Shown: positions 20,747-31,854, counted from the stretch's first letter. The stretch is DNA of 64,000 bases from Spirochaetaceae bacterium (GCA_965224705.1 OZ245056.1:1280001-1344000); one strand, 5' to 3'. Program-made: numbers and translations. The notes: generated by a model not told the origin, from the letters alone.

Positions 20747-22120
20747 TTAAGATCCGGAGAAGATGGAAATGGGACATCCTGCCAACTTATTCAGTGAGCT
20801 ATCAACAACCCTGCGCCGTTTATTCATCTCAGCGGCTATTTCTTCCATTCCGGATCGGGCAATATCCAGACGAAGATTTCCCGGCGTACCGGTACTTGTT
20901 CTCTCGGCAATAGCGGCGGTCGGATTCTTCCCGGCAAATTTCTCAGGGTGAGTTCCCACCTCCAGATAGGCTTCACGAAAGCTCATTCCCTTTGCAGCCA
21001 GGGCTATTGCCGCATCAGTGGCAAAAATACTCCGGTCAAACGATTCCAGTAATCGGCTGGAATTCACCTGGAGGTTTCTCATTGTTAAACCAGACACTTC
21101 CAGCATATCCAGAACTGTATCAACGGAGCTCAATGTGGGGCCTTTCGTTTCCTGATAATCGCGGTTATATCCTGAAGGAAGGGAGCGGACAATGTTTTTT
21201 ACCTGGGTTGACCAGGCCCCTATTGAAGCGGCTTTAGCACGCATGATTTCTAATCCGTCAGGATTACGCTTTTGAGGCATGATGGATGACCCGGTGCAAA
21301 GATCGGGGGGAAGAGTAAACCAGCCAAATTCAGGCATGGAGAAAAGAATGATATCCGCAGCCAGTTTTGAAAGGGTAAGGGCAATCTGTTCTGTGCCATC
21401 AATCAACCGGGATTCAAACTTCCCCCGGCAAAGACCACTATATGCCGCATTGTTCTGCACTCTGGCAAAACCCAGCAGTGACGCTGTCATTTCCCGATTC
21501 AGGGGTAATGGAACACCGTAACCCGCTCCCGTACCCAGTGGGCACTGGTTGAAATAACTGTAGCTGACGGCAATTCCTCGAACATCATCCAGAAGTTGTT
21601 CCGCAAATCCTCCTGCCCAGAGGCCCACAGTAGAAGGCATGGCCGGCTGCATATGTGTTCGGCCGGGCATCGGTATGCCCTTATTCTTTTCGGCAAAGTC
21701 TAAAAGGTCTGCAACAATCCGGGTCCCTGTTTCTACGAGATGGAAGATGGCCGAACGCATCCATATACGCATGGCCGTGAGAGCCTGATCATTTCGGCTT
21801 CGTCCAAGGTGAATACGGTTTCCAGGATCGCCAACAAGTCTGACTAAACGGTTTTCCAGGGCCGTATGGCCATCCTCATCGGAGGCCTTGATATCGAATC
21901 GATTCTCCTCATTTTCTTTTAGAACATACCGCAACCCTTTTCTCAGTGCCCTGGCCTCTGAGGATGTGAGAAGGGTAATAGATTCCAGCATAATGACATG
22001 AGCTAAACTGCCCATTATATCCGCTGGAATCAGCCGTGCATCAAGGATGTAATCATTACCAACGGTGAATTCTTCCAGCAGGGGATTCAATCCATCTCCT
22101 TTCGACCATAGTTTGCTCAT
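20747..22120 (-). CDS. argH: Argininosuccinate lyase
   Basis: HLGRSRNDQ, MPGRTHMQPA, TGSSIMPQKRNPD, LPSGYNRDYQE. Confidence 0.95.
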   Translation of the reverse strand: MSKLWSKGDGLNPLLEEFTVGNDYILDARLIPADIMGSLAHVIMLESITLLTSSEARALRKGLRYVLKENEENRFDIKASDEDGHTALENRLVRLVGDPGNRIHLGRSRNDQALTAMRIWMRSAIFHLVETGTRIVADLLDFAEKNKGIPMPGRTHMQPAMPSTVGLWAGGFAEQLLDDVRGIAVSYSYFNQCPLGTGAGYGVPLPLNREMTASLLGFARVQNNAAYSGLCRGKFESRLIDGTEQIALTLSKLAADIILFSMPEFGWFTLPPDLCTGSSIMPQKRNPDGLEIMRAKAASIGAWSTQVKNIVRSLPSGYNRDYQETKGPTLSSVDTVLDMLEVSGLTMRNLQVNSSRLLESFDRSIFATDAAIALAAKGMSFREAYLEVGTHPEKFAGKNPTAAIAERTSTGTPGNLRLDIARSGMEEIAAEMNKRRRVVDSSLNKLAGCPISIFSGS

Positions 22121-22134
22121 TGAGTTCCTCCTAG

Positions 22135-22295
22135 GAGTCTGTCGGACTTACGCCTCACGGCTCGATTTTTGCCCTTTTTCCCTGCTGCTGCGTTGCCAAA
22201 ATACTCACGTAGCCCAGCTACGCTCCGTTTTTGTCGCCTTGCATCAGGCAAAAATCATCAAAAATCGCCTCGAAGTCTTAAAGTCCGACAGACTC
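22135..22295 (+). mobile_element. Family A MITE, core A1 (161 bp), CTAG duplication
   Basis: CTAG|GAGTCTGTCGGACTT...AAGTCCGACAGACTC|CTAG. Near-identical copies elsewhere in the window. Confidence 0.9.
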
Positions 22296-22502
22296 CTAGG
22301 GACAGTATAGACATCTGGGAAGGATCGGTATCAAGGTCAGTTTCGCCATTAATCTCTAAAATACTGTTCTTTCAAGAGGTTCTGTCTGCGTGAAATGGTG
22401 AATAACCGCCGGAATCAGTACACATCCTTCTTTTTTTTCATATTTGCTTTATTCTGCTATTGCATAAAACCGAAAAGAGAAGTATCACCTGGAAATCAGA
22501 AA

Positions 22503-24035
22503 ATGCATACCATCACGGATGACGAATTCAGGCCATTAATCAAACCCCATCTCAAGGATTTCATATCCCTTTATTCAGCAATAACTCAGATGAAACCCAG
22601 GGATATACCCAGACCTCTCATTGGCCGACTGCTGCTTGAAGCATCAAAATGCGAAGAAATGCTTGATGCTTATGGAGCAATAAGAAACAAAAAATGGTCG
22701 CCGATTCGTATAGCCGTGGCAACGGCAAAATCTTTCAGCCGGGTTATCTACAATCTTTTTCATCTTCTAAGGACCTTGCCTCAGTATAAGCTCATCAACA
22801 TTGAAAGTTCATTTGCCGCATCCACAGAGAAAACCCTGGAAACCCTACTCAGTTCCATTGCTATCAATGCGGAGTGCTTTATGAGAGTGGCAGGTAAACT
22901 GCAGCTCACAGAGGATCTCTGGCCCATTGAGCATTATGGATTTCAGGATGTGACAATTCGGGGGCGGCTGAAGGCCAATCAACAGAGAAGAATTGTACAG
23001 AATCCAAAAGAAACGGCAATGTATCTGGCAACAAACATGCTCAAACTAGTTGAAAAAAGCAGCTGGCTGAATGTTTATAAAACGATGGAATCCAACAAGT
23101 ATCATGCCAGTATACCGGATGTGATAAGCGAGGAAAAACTCCGTCTGCTGGCCAATAATTTTCACAGCCTGCAATCTCTCTATGACACGTATCTTTCAGG
23201 ATCTGATATTGCAGAAAAGGATGAGAAGCTTCCTGGGATTCGAGGGAATATCTCAGTTGTGTTTCATTTGCTCGATACGGCCGTAACTCTTATTCACTTC
23301 TATGAGCGGCATGCATTAAGAAATTGGAACAGAAAGCTGCGTACTCCACTTTCCAATTCAGAACTGCTGGAAATTATTATCAGCTACTTTGTTAAAAACG
23401 CTATTCAGTTCATTTCTTCAGAGCAGAGTCTTTGTCAGGATATACTGAGAACATATTCCATTCAAAGTGAAATCAAGACGCCAATTCCCAGTTATAGGGG
23501 GTTTCATGTGCGGCCATCGACCCTCATTTCAAAAATTGTTACTCACTATGGCAGTGATGTTAAGATGATTCTGGAGACCAAGGAGTATGATGCTTCAATG
23601 CCGCTGGAATTATTCCGGGCAAACGAAGTACTCAACAAGCGTAAGCGGGATACCATTGTTCGGTATGTTATGGAACATACTCTTCTTGAAAATGAAGAGG
23701 ATGCGATATTTGATAAAACTCAAATGAAGCACTCTTTGAGAATGATTTTCTTTGATATGTTGAAGAAGCAGAGAATTATGAATTATAATAGCAATTTCAC
23801 CTTTGAGGATATAGATCCCTATGAAGATGAAACACTTGCAGAATTTGTTAAACGTGTGATCACCCGTTATTTAGCTGCTGGCAACATTGATATCATCAGC
23901 AATGATGAGGTTGTTTTCCAGGGTGATTTGCGTGTATTGGAAGACATCAAGATTTTTGCTGAAAGTGGATATGGTGAAGACAAGTTTGGAAACAATACAG
24001 TTCTGCCGGAACAGTTGTCCTACTTGAAACGGTAG
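22503..24035 (+). CDS. Large hypothetical protein with a C-terminal HPr-like domain
   Basis: YRGFHVRPSTLISKIVTHYGSDV resembles the HPr His15 motif GLHARP. Start uncertain (ORF open from 22395). Confidence 0.7.
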   Translation: MHTITDDEFRPLIKPHLKDFISLYSAITQMKPRDIPRPLIGRLLLEASKCEEMLDAYGAIRNKKWSPIRIAVATAKSFSRVIYNLFHLLRTLPQYKLINIESSFAASTEKTLETLLSSIAINAECFMRVAGKLQLTEDLWPIEHYGFQDVTIRGRLKANQQRRIVQNPKETAMYLATNMLKLVEKSSWLNVYKTMESNKYHASIPDVISEEKLRLLANNFHSLQSLYDTYLSGSDIAEKDEKLPGIRGNISVVFHLLDTAVTLIHFYERHALRNWNRKLRTPLSNSELLEIIISYFVKNAIQFISSEQSLCQDILRTYSIQSEIKTPIPSYRGFHVRPSTLISKIVTHYGSDVKMILETKEYDASMPLELFRANEVLNKRKRDTIVRYVMEHTLLENEEDAIFDKTQMKHSLRMIFFDMLKKQRIMNYNSNFTFEDIDPYEDETLAEFVKRVITRYLAAGNIDIISNDEVVFQGDLRVLEDIKIFAESGYGEDKFGNNTVLPEQLSYLKR

Positions 24036-24089
24036 CAGGATACCAACATACAATTAATTAATCGAATAAAGACTTTTTACGGAGGATAT

Positions 24090-24710
24090 ATGGAAGCAAT
24101 ATGCCTGGATCTTGAAGGAGTGCTTGTTCCAGAAATCTGGATTGCCGTGGCCTGTAAGAAACAACTGGATGAACTCAAACTCACAACGAGAGACATAGAC
24201 AACTATGATGACTTGATGAATCACAGGCTGAACATACTCCACAGGGAAGGAATACTTCTTGATGACATTCTGGAAATTATCAACGGCCTGGAGCCGCTGG
24301 ATGGTGCACTGAGATTCACGGCAGAACTGCGATCTGAAACCCAACTCATCATACTGTCGGATACATTTGAGCAATTTGCTGCCCCTCTGTTAAAAAAACT
24401 TGATCGGCCCAGCCTGTTCTGCAATACACTTGAGATCGACAAAAATGGGCGGATCGTCGGATACAAGCTCCGGCAGCAGGATGGTAAACGCAGGGCTGTT
24501 GAGGCCTTCCGGAGCATGGGGCTTCGTGTTTTTGCTGCCGGGGATTCCTACAACGATGTATCCATGCTTCAAGCCGCTCACACCGGGATGTTTTTTCGAG
24601 CACCGAAATCAATCAGAGAGCAGTACCCTCAATTCCTCGGCACGGATAGTTATGAGGAACTCCTGGCAGGAATCCGGAAATTCTGTCGGTCAAAGCCCGA
24701 AACTGAGTGA
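24090..24710 (+). CDS. thrH: Phosphoserine phosphatase / homoserine phosphotransferase (HAD)
   Basis: CLDLEGVLVPEIW, LTTRDI, ILSDTF, AAGDSYND. Confidence 0.92.
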   Translation: MEAICLDLEGVLVPEIWIAVACKKQLDELKLTTRDIDNYDDLMNHRLNILHREGILLDDILEIINGLEPLDGALRFTAELRSETQLIILSDTFEQFAAPLLKKLDRPSLFCNTLEIDKNGRIVGYKLRQQDGKRRAVEAFRSMGLRVFAAGDSYNDVSMLQAAHTGMFFRAPKSIREQYPQFLGTDSYEELLAGIRKFCRSKPETE

Positions 24711-24821
24711 ATCAGGGATTTCGGCACGATAGTCAAGGAACATCAAGAAGAGATTTTCGCCTGCCTGCTGCAGGCAGATCGATAAAGGCCGTGATTGCCT
24801 TCCGATTCATAACCCGGAAAA

Positions 24822-26387
24822 TCAGATTGAGAATCTGCCCTGCCTGGCCAGGTAGAGAGCTATCATCCGGGCAGAAACGGTTCGGCTGGATTCAGATGAG
24901 ATATAGCAGGGGATTTCCGGGAAATCAGTGAACTCATAGGAACTCCGAAGTCCCACCACGACCAGTTTATCCCGAACATCACGAGCCATTGTGTGCACCA
25001 TGCGGTGTTGAGCTATTTTGTCGAAGTCTTCACCCGGCAATGGATAGTCTTCTGTAACCAGGAGAATCCGGTCGAAGCGGGAAGTATCCGGCGGTTCTTC
25101 GCAGGCATGGATTTGAACGTTTGGGAAATAGGTTCCTAATTCCCGGGCAAAAGAATCAAAGGCTGGCTCTTTCTGATTCGGTCCAATACCCCGCCTGTTG
25201 ATAAGACGGTTGTAGGACTTTCGCGGTGCGGCACTGACAACAGCCATCCGCATATCGCTGGAAAGAGGAAGGAGATTCATCCTGTTTCGCAGGACCCGGA
25301 TAGCTGCAAATGCCGCACTCTCAGCGATTTCCTGTTTCCCCTGATCAGAGAAAATTGCCGTGGGGTTTTTGAATCTTTCCTGCTTGAATTTGAAGATTCT
25401 TGACAGTCTTTCATGGATAATGTTCAGGGAAATACGATTGTTTCTAACAGCTTCAATGATACTCTCAATGGAAGCGATCTGTTTGTCCAGATAGTCTTCG
25501 GAGTGTTCGTAGTGTTCCTCTGAGAGCATTATAAGGTCTGCCCCGGCTTCCAGAGCTTTCAAGGTGGCCTCCGCCGGTGAATAGTTTTTCCGCATGGCTC
25601 CCATATTCATGCTGTCTGTGATGATCAGCCCGGTGAATCCCATCTGGTTACGAAGTAAATCGGTAAGGATTGTTTTAGACAGAGTCGCGGGATTACAGGA
25701 GTCAAGCTGGGGGAAGAGAATATGACTTGTCATGATCATGTCCACACCGGCATCTATGGCAGCCTGAAACGGTAGAAGCTCATTCTCTTTCAATTCCTCT
25801 ATGGACTTGTCTACGACGGGAATATCCCTATGGGTATCGTCCTGGGTGTCTCCATGCCCTGGGAAGTGCTTGGCTGTGGCTATTCCCCCATGATCTTTGA
25901 TTCCACGAACGGCGTGTTCGACATGGTGCCCCACCGCCTGAGGGTCTGTCCCGAAGGAGCGGGTTCCTATGATGGGGTTATTGGGATTGAGATTCACATC
26001 GGCACAGGGACCAAGAATGGTCTGATAACCCACCGCTCCCATCTCTTCTGCAAATACTCCGTACATCCTATAGGTTCGCCCAGGATCATCACCAACACCC
26101 AGAGCCAGGTTTCCCGGTCCGGTCACGGAATTCGGCACCAGAACTCCCCAGGCACCTTCCTGGTCCACTCCCAACAAAAGAGGAACTCGTGCTGCTTCTT
26201 GAAGAGCGGTACTCAGTCTACGTGCTCCTTCAAAGGTTTCAGCATTATCCTGGCTTATGTAACAGCCTCCTATTTGATACTTCTGTATCAGGGGGACAAT
26301 TTTTTCCGGGTCATCACCGGGAAATGCAAGTATGAAAAGTTGTCCAACTTTCTGGGAAAGGGGAAGATCCTGCCAGGGTTCCATCAT
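24822..26387 (-). CDS. GH3 beta-N-acetylhexosaminidase (NagZ-like, two-domain)
   Basis: VDQEG, IGTRSFG, KHFPGHGDTQDDTH, ITDSMNM. Confidence 0.88.
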   Translation of the reverse strand: MMEPWQDLPLSQKVGQLFILAFPGDDPEKIVPLIQKYQIGGCYISQDNAETFEGARRLSTALQEAARVPLLLGVDQEGAWGVLVPNSVTGPGNLALGVGDDPGRTYRMYGVFAEEMGAVGYQTILGPCADVNLNPNNPIIGTRSFGTDPQAVGHHVEHAVRGIKDHGGIATAKHFPGHGDTQDDTHRDIPVVDKSIEELKENELLPFQAAIDAGVDMIMTSHILFPQLDSCNPATLSKTILTDLLRNQMGFTGLIITDSMNMGAMRKNYSPAEATLKALEAGADLIMLSEEHYEHSEDYLDKQIASIESIIEAVRNNRISLNIIHERLSRIFKFKQERFKNPTAIFSDQGKQEIAESAAFAAIRVLRNRMNLLPLSSDMRMAVVSAAPRKSYNRLINRRGIGPNQKEPAFDSFARELGTYFPNVQIHACEEPPDTSRFDRILLVTEDYPLPGEDFDKIAQHRMVHTMARDVRDKLVVVGLRSSYEFTDFPEIPCYISSESSRTVSARMIALYLARQGRFSI

Positions 26388-27349
26388 CGACCACTCCTTT
26401 GTCCGCTCTTCATCATGATGGTGACTGAAAGGATGATGATAACACCGCGGAAGATGAGTTGACTATCGGGTTTGAGATTCATAAGCACCAGGCCCGTATT
26501 GATCATGCCCATGAGAAGGGCCCCCACAACGGAACCTAGAATCCTGCCCTTTCCGCCAAAAAGACTGGTGCCGCCGATAATGACGGCCGAAATCACCACC
26601 ATTAGATCATTTTCTCCCAGCGTATACCGGGCCCCCTGGAGCCGTCCGGCATAGAGGATGCCGGAGAACGAGGCCAGAACAGCGTTAAGTATGAAAACCT
26701 TCAGTTTCACACGCTTAACTTGAATGCCGGAATAGATCGCCGATACGCCGTTGCCTCCTGTAGCCAGAACTTCTCTACCAAAGGGAGTTCTATTGAGCAA
26801 AAGGAATCCAAATCCTGTCACGATCAGGGTCCAGAGGAAAAGAATCGGCACCACTCCCAGATCCCCTCCGCCGAAGATGAAGGCGAAAACGTCATTGTCG
26901 ATTGGTATGGACTGGAGTTGAGTGACCCATCGCGCAGTTCCGGTTACTATACCCATCATTCCCAGAGTCACCAGAAAACTGGGAATCCCCACATAGCCAA
27001 CAAATACTCCGTTTATCCCCCCCACCAGGAGTCCTACCAGCAATCCAACTGAAACAGCCAGGAATACACTCTGAGTCCCGCGAAGTGCCAGGGCCGTCAA
27101 CACGGCAGAAAGTGCGACGGTCGATCCGAAGGAAAGATCAATTTCTGCGGATGAAAGAACAAAGGTCATACCAACCGACATAATGGCAATCATCGCTGTC
27201 TGACGAGCAATATTCATAAGATTCTGGGGCTTTAGAAACCCCCTGCCGGAAAGTGTCACTGCAAAAAGTATAAAAATCCCCGCAAAAACAAAATAGATAA
27301 CAAATTCACTCCATTCAATTCTCTGACGCCGACTTAACTCCTGCTGCAT
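26384..27349 (-). CDS. Monosaccharide ABC transporter permease (RbsC-like)
   Basis: IDLSFGS, IPSFLVTLG, VIIGGTSLFGGKG. Confidence 0.92.
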   Translation of the reverse strand: MQQELSRRQRIEWSEFVIYFVFAGIFILFAVTLSGRGFLKPQNLMNIARQTAMIAIMSVGMTFVLSSAEIDLSFGSTVALSAVLTALALRGTQSVFLAVSVGLLVGLLVGGINGVFVGYVGIPSFLVTLGMMGIVTGTARWVTQLQSIPIDNDVFAFIFGGGDLGVVPILFLWTLIVTGFGFLLLNRTPFGREVLATGGNGVSAIYSGIQVKRVKLKVFILNAVLASFSGILYAGRLQGARYTLGENDLMVVISAVIIGGTSLFGGKGRILGSVVGALLMGMINTGLVLMNLKPDSQLIFRGVIIILSVTIMMKSGQRSGR

Positions 27350-27365
27350 AGCCCCTCCCAAACGC

Positions 27366-28862
27366 CTACTGAACTGCTTCCAGAAGCTGATTTTCCGATA
27401 GAGCCGTATCCGACAATTCCTGTACTATCTTCCCTTTTTTCACGATATAAGTCCTATCACAAAAACTTGCGATCTCCTTGAACTCCGAAGAGACAAATAC
27501 GGCTCCATGACCTTTTGTTACATAATCTCTCACCAGAGCCATTATCTCCGCCTTTGAATGTATATCAATCCCAAAAGTCGGATCGTCCAGCAGAATAATC
27601 GATGAGTTGGCAGCAAGACACTTTGCAATAACAACCTTCTGTTGATTTCCCCCCGAGAGGAAACGCACGATCTGGTGTCCTCCGGTGGCTTTTATCTGAA
27701 ACTTCTCAATGTATGCTTCAGAAATGCTCTGCTCTTTCTTGAAGTCGAGGAATCCCCGGGAGCATATTCTTTTCAGAATTGAAACCACCATGTTGCAGCG
27801 GATGCTGAAATCCAGAACCAGTCCCTGGAGTCTGCGTTCTTCAGGCACCAGACTTATCCCGCAAGCGATTGCATGATGGGGAGAACGAATCCATTGTTCT
27901 TCCCCCTTAATAAGAATTCTTCCGCCCGTCACAGAATCTATTCCATAAATGGCCCGGAGAATTTCCGTCCGCCCACTTCCCAGCAGTCCCGCAAGTCCCA
28001 CGACTTCCCCTGGGTTCACAACGAGGCTGACATCGTGGATGTGCCGGGTAGAAACCTTATCCAGGACAAGAAGCGGCTGGGCATCGGAGGACCGATGGCT
28101 GTGTGTCCATTCGCTCCGCTTTTCATCCCTCCCAAGCATACCCGACACTATTTCGCTTATGGATGTTTCCCCGGTATTTTTTGTAAAGATGTATTTTCCG
28201 TTTCTCAGTATCGTTACCCGGTCACAGATTTTTATGATGTCTTCCAGGTAATGAGTTATGTATATGATGGCAATGCCCTTTTTGCGAAGTTCCCTCACCG
28301 CTTGAAAGAGCACTTCAATCTCGATATTGGAGAGAGAGGCTGTTGGTTCGTCAAGAATAAGGATTTTTGGATTCCTTGAGATGGCCTTGGCTATTTCAAC
28401 GATCTGACACTCCCCCATGCTGAGGCGATCAACCATAGTTGAGGGGGGAATTGACCCAACACCCAGTGCTGCAAGAAGTTCGGCAGCCCTTTCAATTTCC
28501 CCCTTCTCGTCGATAAGTCCAAAACTTTTACAGGGTTGGTAGGACAGGAAGATGTTTTTCGCTACCGTCAGAGTTCCTACAAGACTCAGATCCTGGTAAA
28601 CCATCGCCACACCCTGATCAAAAGCCTCCTGGGGGGAGAAACTATTCAGGAACGGGTTTCCATAGAAGCTCATGGTACCGGTGTCCGGTTGATAGACACC
28701 GGTAATTATTTTCATAAGGGTCGATTTTCCCGCACCGTTGGCACCGACAATACCGTGGACTTCTCCCGGCTCCAGCTGGAACTCGACATCCTCAAGAACC
28801 TGAACTCCGCTGAACGAAATCCCGATTCCCTGCATTGTCAGGGCGGGAGCAGACACGCCCAT
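27366..28862 (-). CDS. Monosaccharide ABC transporter ATP-binding protein (RbsA-like, tandem)
   Basis: GANGAGKST, LDEPTASL, LSGGNQQK. Confidence 0.93.
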   Translation of the reverse strand: MGVSAPALTMQGIGISFSGVQVLEDVEFQLEPGEVHGIVGANGAGKSTLMKIITGVYQPDTGTMSFYGNPFLNSFSPQEAFDQGVAMVYQDLSLVGTLTVAKNIFLSYQPCKSFGLIDEKGEIERAAELLAALGVGSIPPSTMVDRLSMGECQIVEIAKAISRNPKILILDEPTASLSNIEIEVLFQAVRELRKKGIAIIYITHYLEDIIKICDRVTILRNGKYIFTKNTGETSISEIVSGMLGRDEKRSEWTHSHRSSDAQPLLVLDKVSTRHIHDVSLVVNPGEVVGLAGLLGSGRTEILRAIYGIDSVTGGRILIKGEEQWIRSPHHAIACGISLVPEERRLQGLVLDFSIRCNMVVSILKRICSRGFLDFKKEQSISEAYIEKFQIKATGGHQIVRFLSGGNQQKVVIAKCLAANSSIILLDDPTFGIDIHSKAEIMALVRDYVTKGHGAVFVSSEFKEIASFCDRTYIVKKGKIVQELSDTALSENQLLEAVQ

Positions 28863-28863
28863 A

Positions 28864-29964
28864 TCAGCGATTAAGGGCCCTGTCTACTTCTTCCGGCAAT
28901 GGCCGTCTCAAAGATTCCTGCCACTTCGTTTTGAGATTCTCTCTGGTAACCGATGTGGCCGGCACCGTAACAAAGGGCGGCGTTTTCTGATCCAGGGCAT
29001 CCAGGGCTCCTATTTTGGCGGCCGTAGCACCTAACTCGTAAGGGAGATCCGCAACGGTTCCAACCAGATTGCCATTTTTTGCCATATCAAGGGCGTTCGT
29101 CTCACCAAGATCCATCGTGAAAACCATGAGATCTGATCGATTAGAAGAACGGGCGGCTGCGATAACACCCTCAGCGATTTGATCCCAGGGAGCATAAATC
29201 GCCTGTACTTCGGGATGCTGGGTCAGTATTGCAGAAGCAATCGTCTCTCCATCCGAGGGATTGGCGATACCTGTTTCCTTAAGAATTTCAATGCCGGGGT
29301 ACTTACTTCTTAACACCGTTGCCACAGCCTGATCCCGCTGGTTCGTCACATAGTAATCGGCATCGTGATACAGCAGTGCGACCTTGCCCCGGCCATTCAT
29401 TTTGGAGTTCATAAGGTCAGCCACAAGTTTACCCATGCCAAAGAGATCGTCCGTCACCACAGAAGCGTAGTCCTGGCCATGAACAAAGTCCTTGGGCAGG
29501 TTGCTGATAAGAACGATACTTGTCCCCGACTCTATCACCGGGCGAAGAGCCGCCGCACCCGAGACGGCATCAACAATGAGCGTAACAATGATATCGACTT
29601 CTAAAACGGCGGCTGATTCGATGTCGGAACGCTGCTGATTTGCGTCAAAACCCGCTTCCGTCACCAGGACAACCTCAATACCCAGATCCTCAAAAGTTTC
29701 ACGAGCCCCCATGGTGAGAGAATTCGTGAAGTCGGCACTAACGTGCATGAGGATGGCGGCCTTCAGGCCCATCCCTCTCACCTTCGTCTTTTGGTCATCG
29801 GAAAGTACAATTGTGTCATATGAAACGGGTTTGTTCCCAGCCGGGCCGATGGTGCTCAAGACGGCTTCCGGTGCGGCTTCCGTATCCACATCCGGCTGAG
29901 GCCCTGCGATTATCGGCATCCCGACAATACATAAAACCAATCCAACTAATACAAGATTTTTCAT
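28864..29964 (-). CDS. Sugar ABC transporter substrate-binding protein
   Basis: Signal peptide, periplasmic binding protein type 1 pattern, first gene of the operon with AGGAG SD. Confidence 0.88.
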   Translation of the reverse strand: MKNLVLVGLVLCIVGMPIIAGPQPDVDTEAAPEAVLSTIGPAGNKPVSYDTIVLSDDQKTKVRGMGLKAAILMHVSADFTNSLTMGARETFEDLGIEVVLVTEAGFDANQQRSDIESAAVLEVDIIVTLIVDAVSGAAALRPVIESGTSIVLISNLPKDFVHGQDYASVVTDDLFGMGKLVADLMNSKMNGRGKVALLYHDADYYVTNQRDQAVATVLRSKYPGIEILKETGIANPSDGETIASAILTQHPEVQAIYAPWDQIAEGVIAAARSSNRSDLMVFTMDLGETNALDMAKNGNLVGTVADLPYELGATAAKIGALDALDQKTPPFVTVPATSVTRENLKTKWQESLRRPLPEEVDRALNR

Positions 29965-30217
29965 CTTTCTCCTCCTAAAATATTCTTACCCTGTATTCGA
30001 CATAAAAAATACCGGGAGTCCCAACCGGATGGAGCCTCCGTTTCAACCGATATTTTTTAGATTCATAAAACTCTGATTTCATCTTGACTTCCGGCATGTA
30101 TTCAGAATGTGCCACTGAATTCTCTTCCCTGGATTTTTAATCCAGCTAAACAGTTTCATAAAGGTTGCACAATAGTGAATTCTTGTCAAGAGAAGGACAC
30201 AAAGTCAGTAATGAGTG

Positions 30218-31054
30218 TTATACCCGCCGTCGTTTTTTAATACGACCTCTCTGTAACCGGACAATGACAGTGCAGATGAGAAACATTATGGACAGAGCCA
30301 GAACAATGGTTGGCCCGGATGCCATGTCAGCATAGAAGGACGCATAGAAACCAGTCAGTGTTGCCAGAACAGCCATCAATAGCGACAGACCAATGATTGT
30401 CGTCAATCTCCGTGAAATCAATGATGCTGCCGCTCCCGGGGTTACAAGGAGGGCAAGAACAAGAACCACTCCCACTGTTTGAATGGCTGCTACAGTTGTA
30501 AGAGCCAGTAAGCCGAGAATGAGATAGCGTACCAGTTCCGGTGATAAACCGATTGACATTGCATAGGTCGGGTCGAAGGATGCGGCTGTGATTTCCTTAT
30601 GGCACAGTAACAGTGTTCCGGTCACTGTAAGTGTCACAGCTCCCATAAGAAGGAGATCCCTGGCTGATATACCCAGGATGTTGCCGAATAAAATGTGACG
30701 GAGATCGCTGAAAGTAGCGATACGTCCCAGCAGGAGCAAGCCAAGGGCGAAGAAACCTGCAAAAACCACTCCGATAGCAGCATCCTCATTCAGTTTCCCC
30801 TGCCGGGCGATGAATCCAATGCCAAGCACTGCCAGGGTCGCCGCTGTTAATGCTCCCCAGAACAAACTGATGCCCAGCACATAAGCAAGAACGATGCCCG
30901 GAAGCACAGCGTGAGAGAGAGCATCTCCCATGTAAGACATGCCTCGCCAGACTACAAACGCACTGAGAGAGGCACATGCAAGGGCCACCAGTAAGCCGCC
31001 AGCCAGACCACGCAGGAGAAGGGTTCCCTTCAAAGGTTCAATTAAGAATTCCAT
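30218..31054 (-). CDS. Zn/Mn ABC transporter permease (ZnuB-like)
   Basis: GDALSHAVLPG, ILFGNILGI, VGVVLVLALLVTPGA. Confidence 0.93.
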   Translation of the reverse strand: MEFLIEPLKGTLLLRGLAGGLLVALACASLSAFVVWRGMSYMGDALSHAVLPGIVLAYVLGISLFWGALTAATLAVLGIGFIARQGKLNEDAAIGVVFAGFFALGLLLLGRIATFSDLRHILFGNILGISARDLLLMGAVTLTVTGTLLLCHKEITAASFDPTYAMSIGLSPELVRYLILGLLALTTVAAIQTVGVVLVLALLVTPGAAASLISRRLTTIIGLSLLMAVLATLTGFYASFYADMASGPTIVLALSIMFLICTVIVRLQRGRIKKRRRV

Positions 31055-31854
31055 GGATGATAGTTTTTGTGGAATTCAAAGCCATAGGCTCTGGCAATGG
31101 TTTCGGGTGTGAGTACCTGGCCGGGTGTACCGTCGGCAATAATACGCTTATCCAGAAAAACGGCCCGGGTGAAATGGTTCGGAAGGACTCCCAGGTCGTG
31201 AGTAGAGACAATCACGGCCTTACCCTGAATTGTAAGCCGTTCCAGAGTGTGGTAAATGAGCTCCTGTGTGGAGATGTCCACGTGGTTCAGCGGCTCATCC
31301 AGCAGAAGAAGGTCGGCGTCATGGGCCAGTGTTCGGGCCAGCATAACTCTCTGCTGCTCCCCCCCCGACAATTGACCAACCTGTCTGTTAACCAGATGCA
31401 TGATGCCCATGGCCTCAAGAGCAGAATCGACAGCTGTCTCATCCTCAGGGCGGGGGTTTTTGAACCAGCCAAGATGAACGTAGCGGCCCATCATAACAAC
31501 CTGTCTGACACTGACTGGAAACTTCCAGTCCACCCTGGATCGCTGAGGAACCATCGCCACTCTGTGCAGACAATCGGCGGCAGGATGACCATAGACACTG
31601 ATTAAGCCCTTAAATTGTTTCTCAATACCTGGAATAAGATTCAGAATTGTTGACTTGCCCGCACCATTCGGCCCCACAAGAGCAACTCTTTCACCAGGCT
31701 GGACAACAAAGTCGATTTGCTCCAGAGCATCCTCATCGGCTGCTGGGTAGCGGAAGCTTACACCTCTGCATTCCAGGGCTGGACTGTGGGGTTGTGTGGG
31801 TAGATCACACTGACCGCCATAGAAAAATCGGGGTAGTGCCACTTCAAGAACCAT
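31042..31854 (-). CDS. Zn/Mn ABC transporter ATP-binding protein (ZnuC-like)
   Basis: GPNGAGKST, VPQRSRVDWKFP, LSGGEQQR, LLDEP. Confidence 0.93.
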   Translation of the reverse strand: MVLEVALPRFFYGGQCDLPTQPHSPALECRGVSFRYPAADEDALEQIDFVVQPGERVALVGPNGAGKSTILNLIPGIEKQFKGLISVYGHPAADCLHRVAMVPQRSRVDWKFPVSVRQVVMMGRYVHLGWFKNPRPEDETAVDSALEAMGIMHLVNRQVGQLSGGEQQRVMLARTLAHDADLLLLDEPLNHVDISTQELIYHTLERLTIQGKAVIVSTHDLGVLPNHFTRAVFLDKRIIADGTPGQVLTPETIARAYGFEFHKNYHPWNS

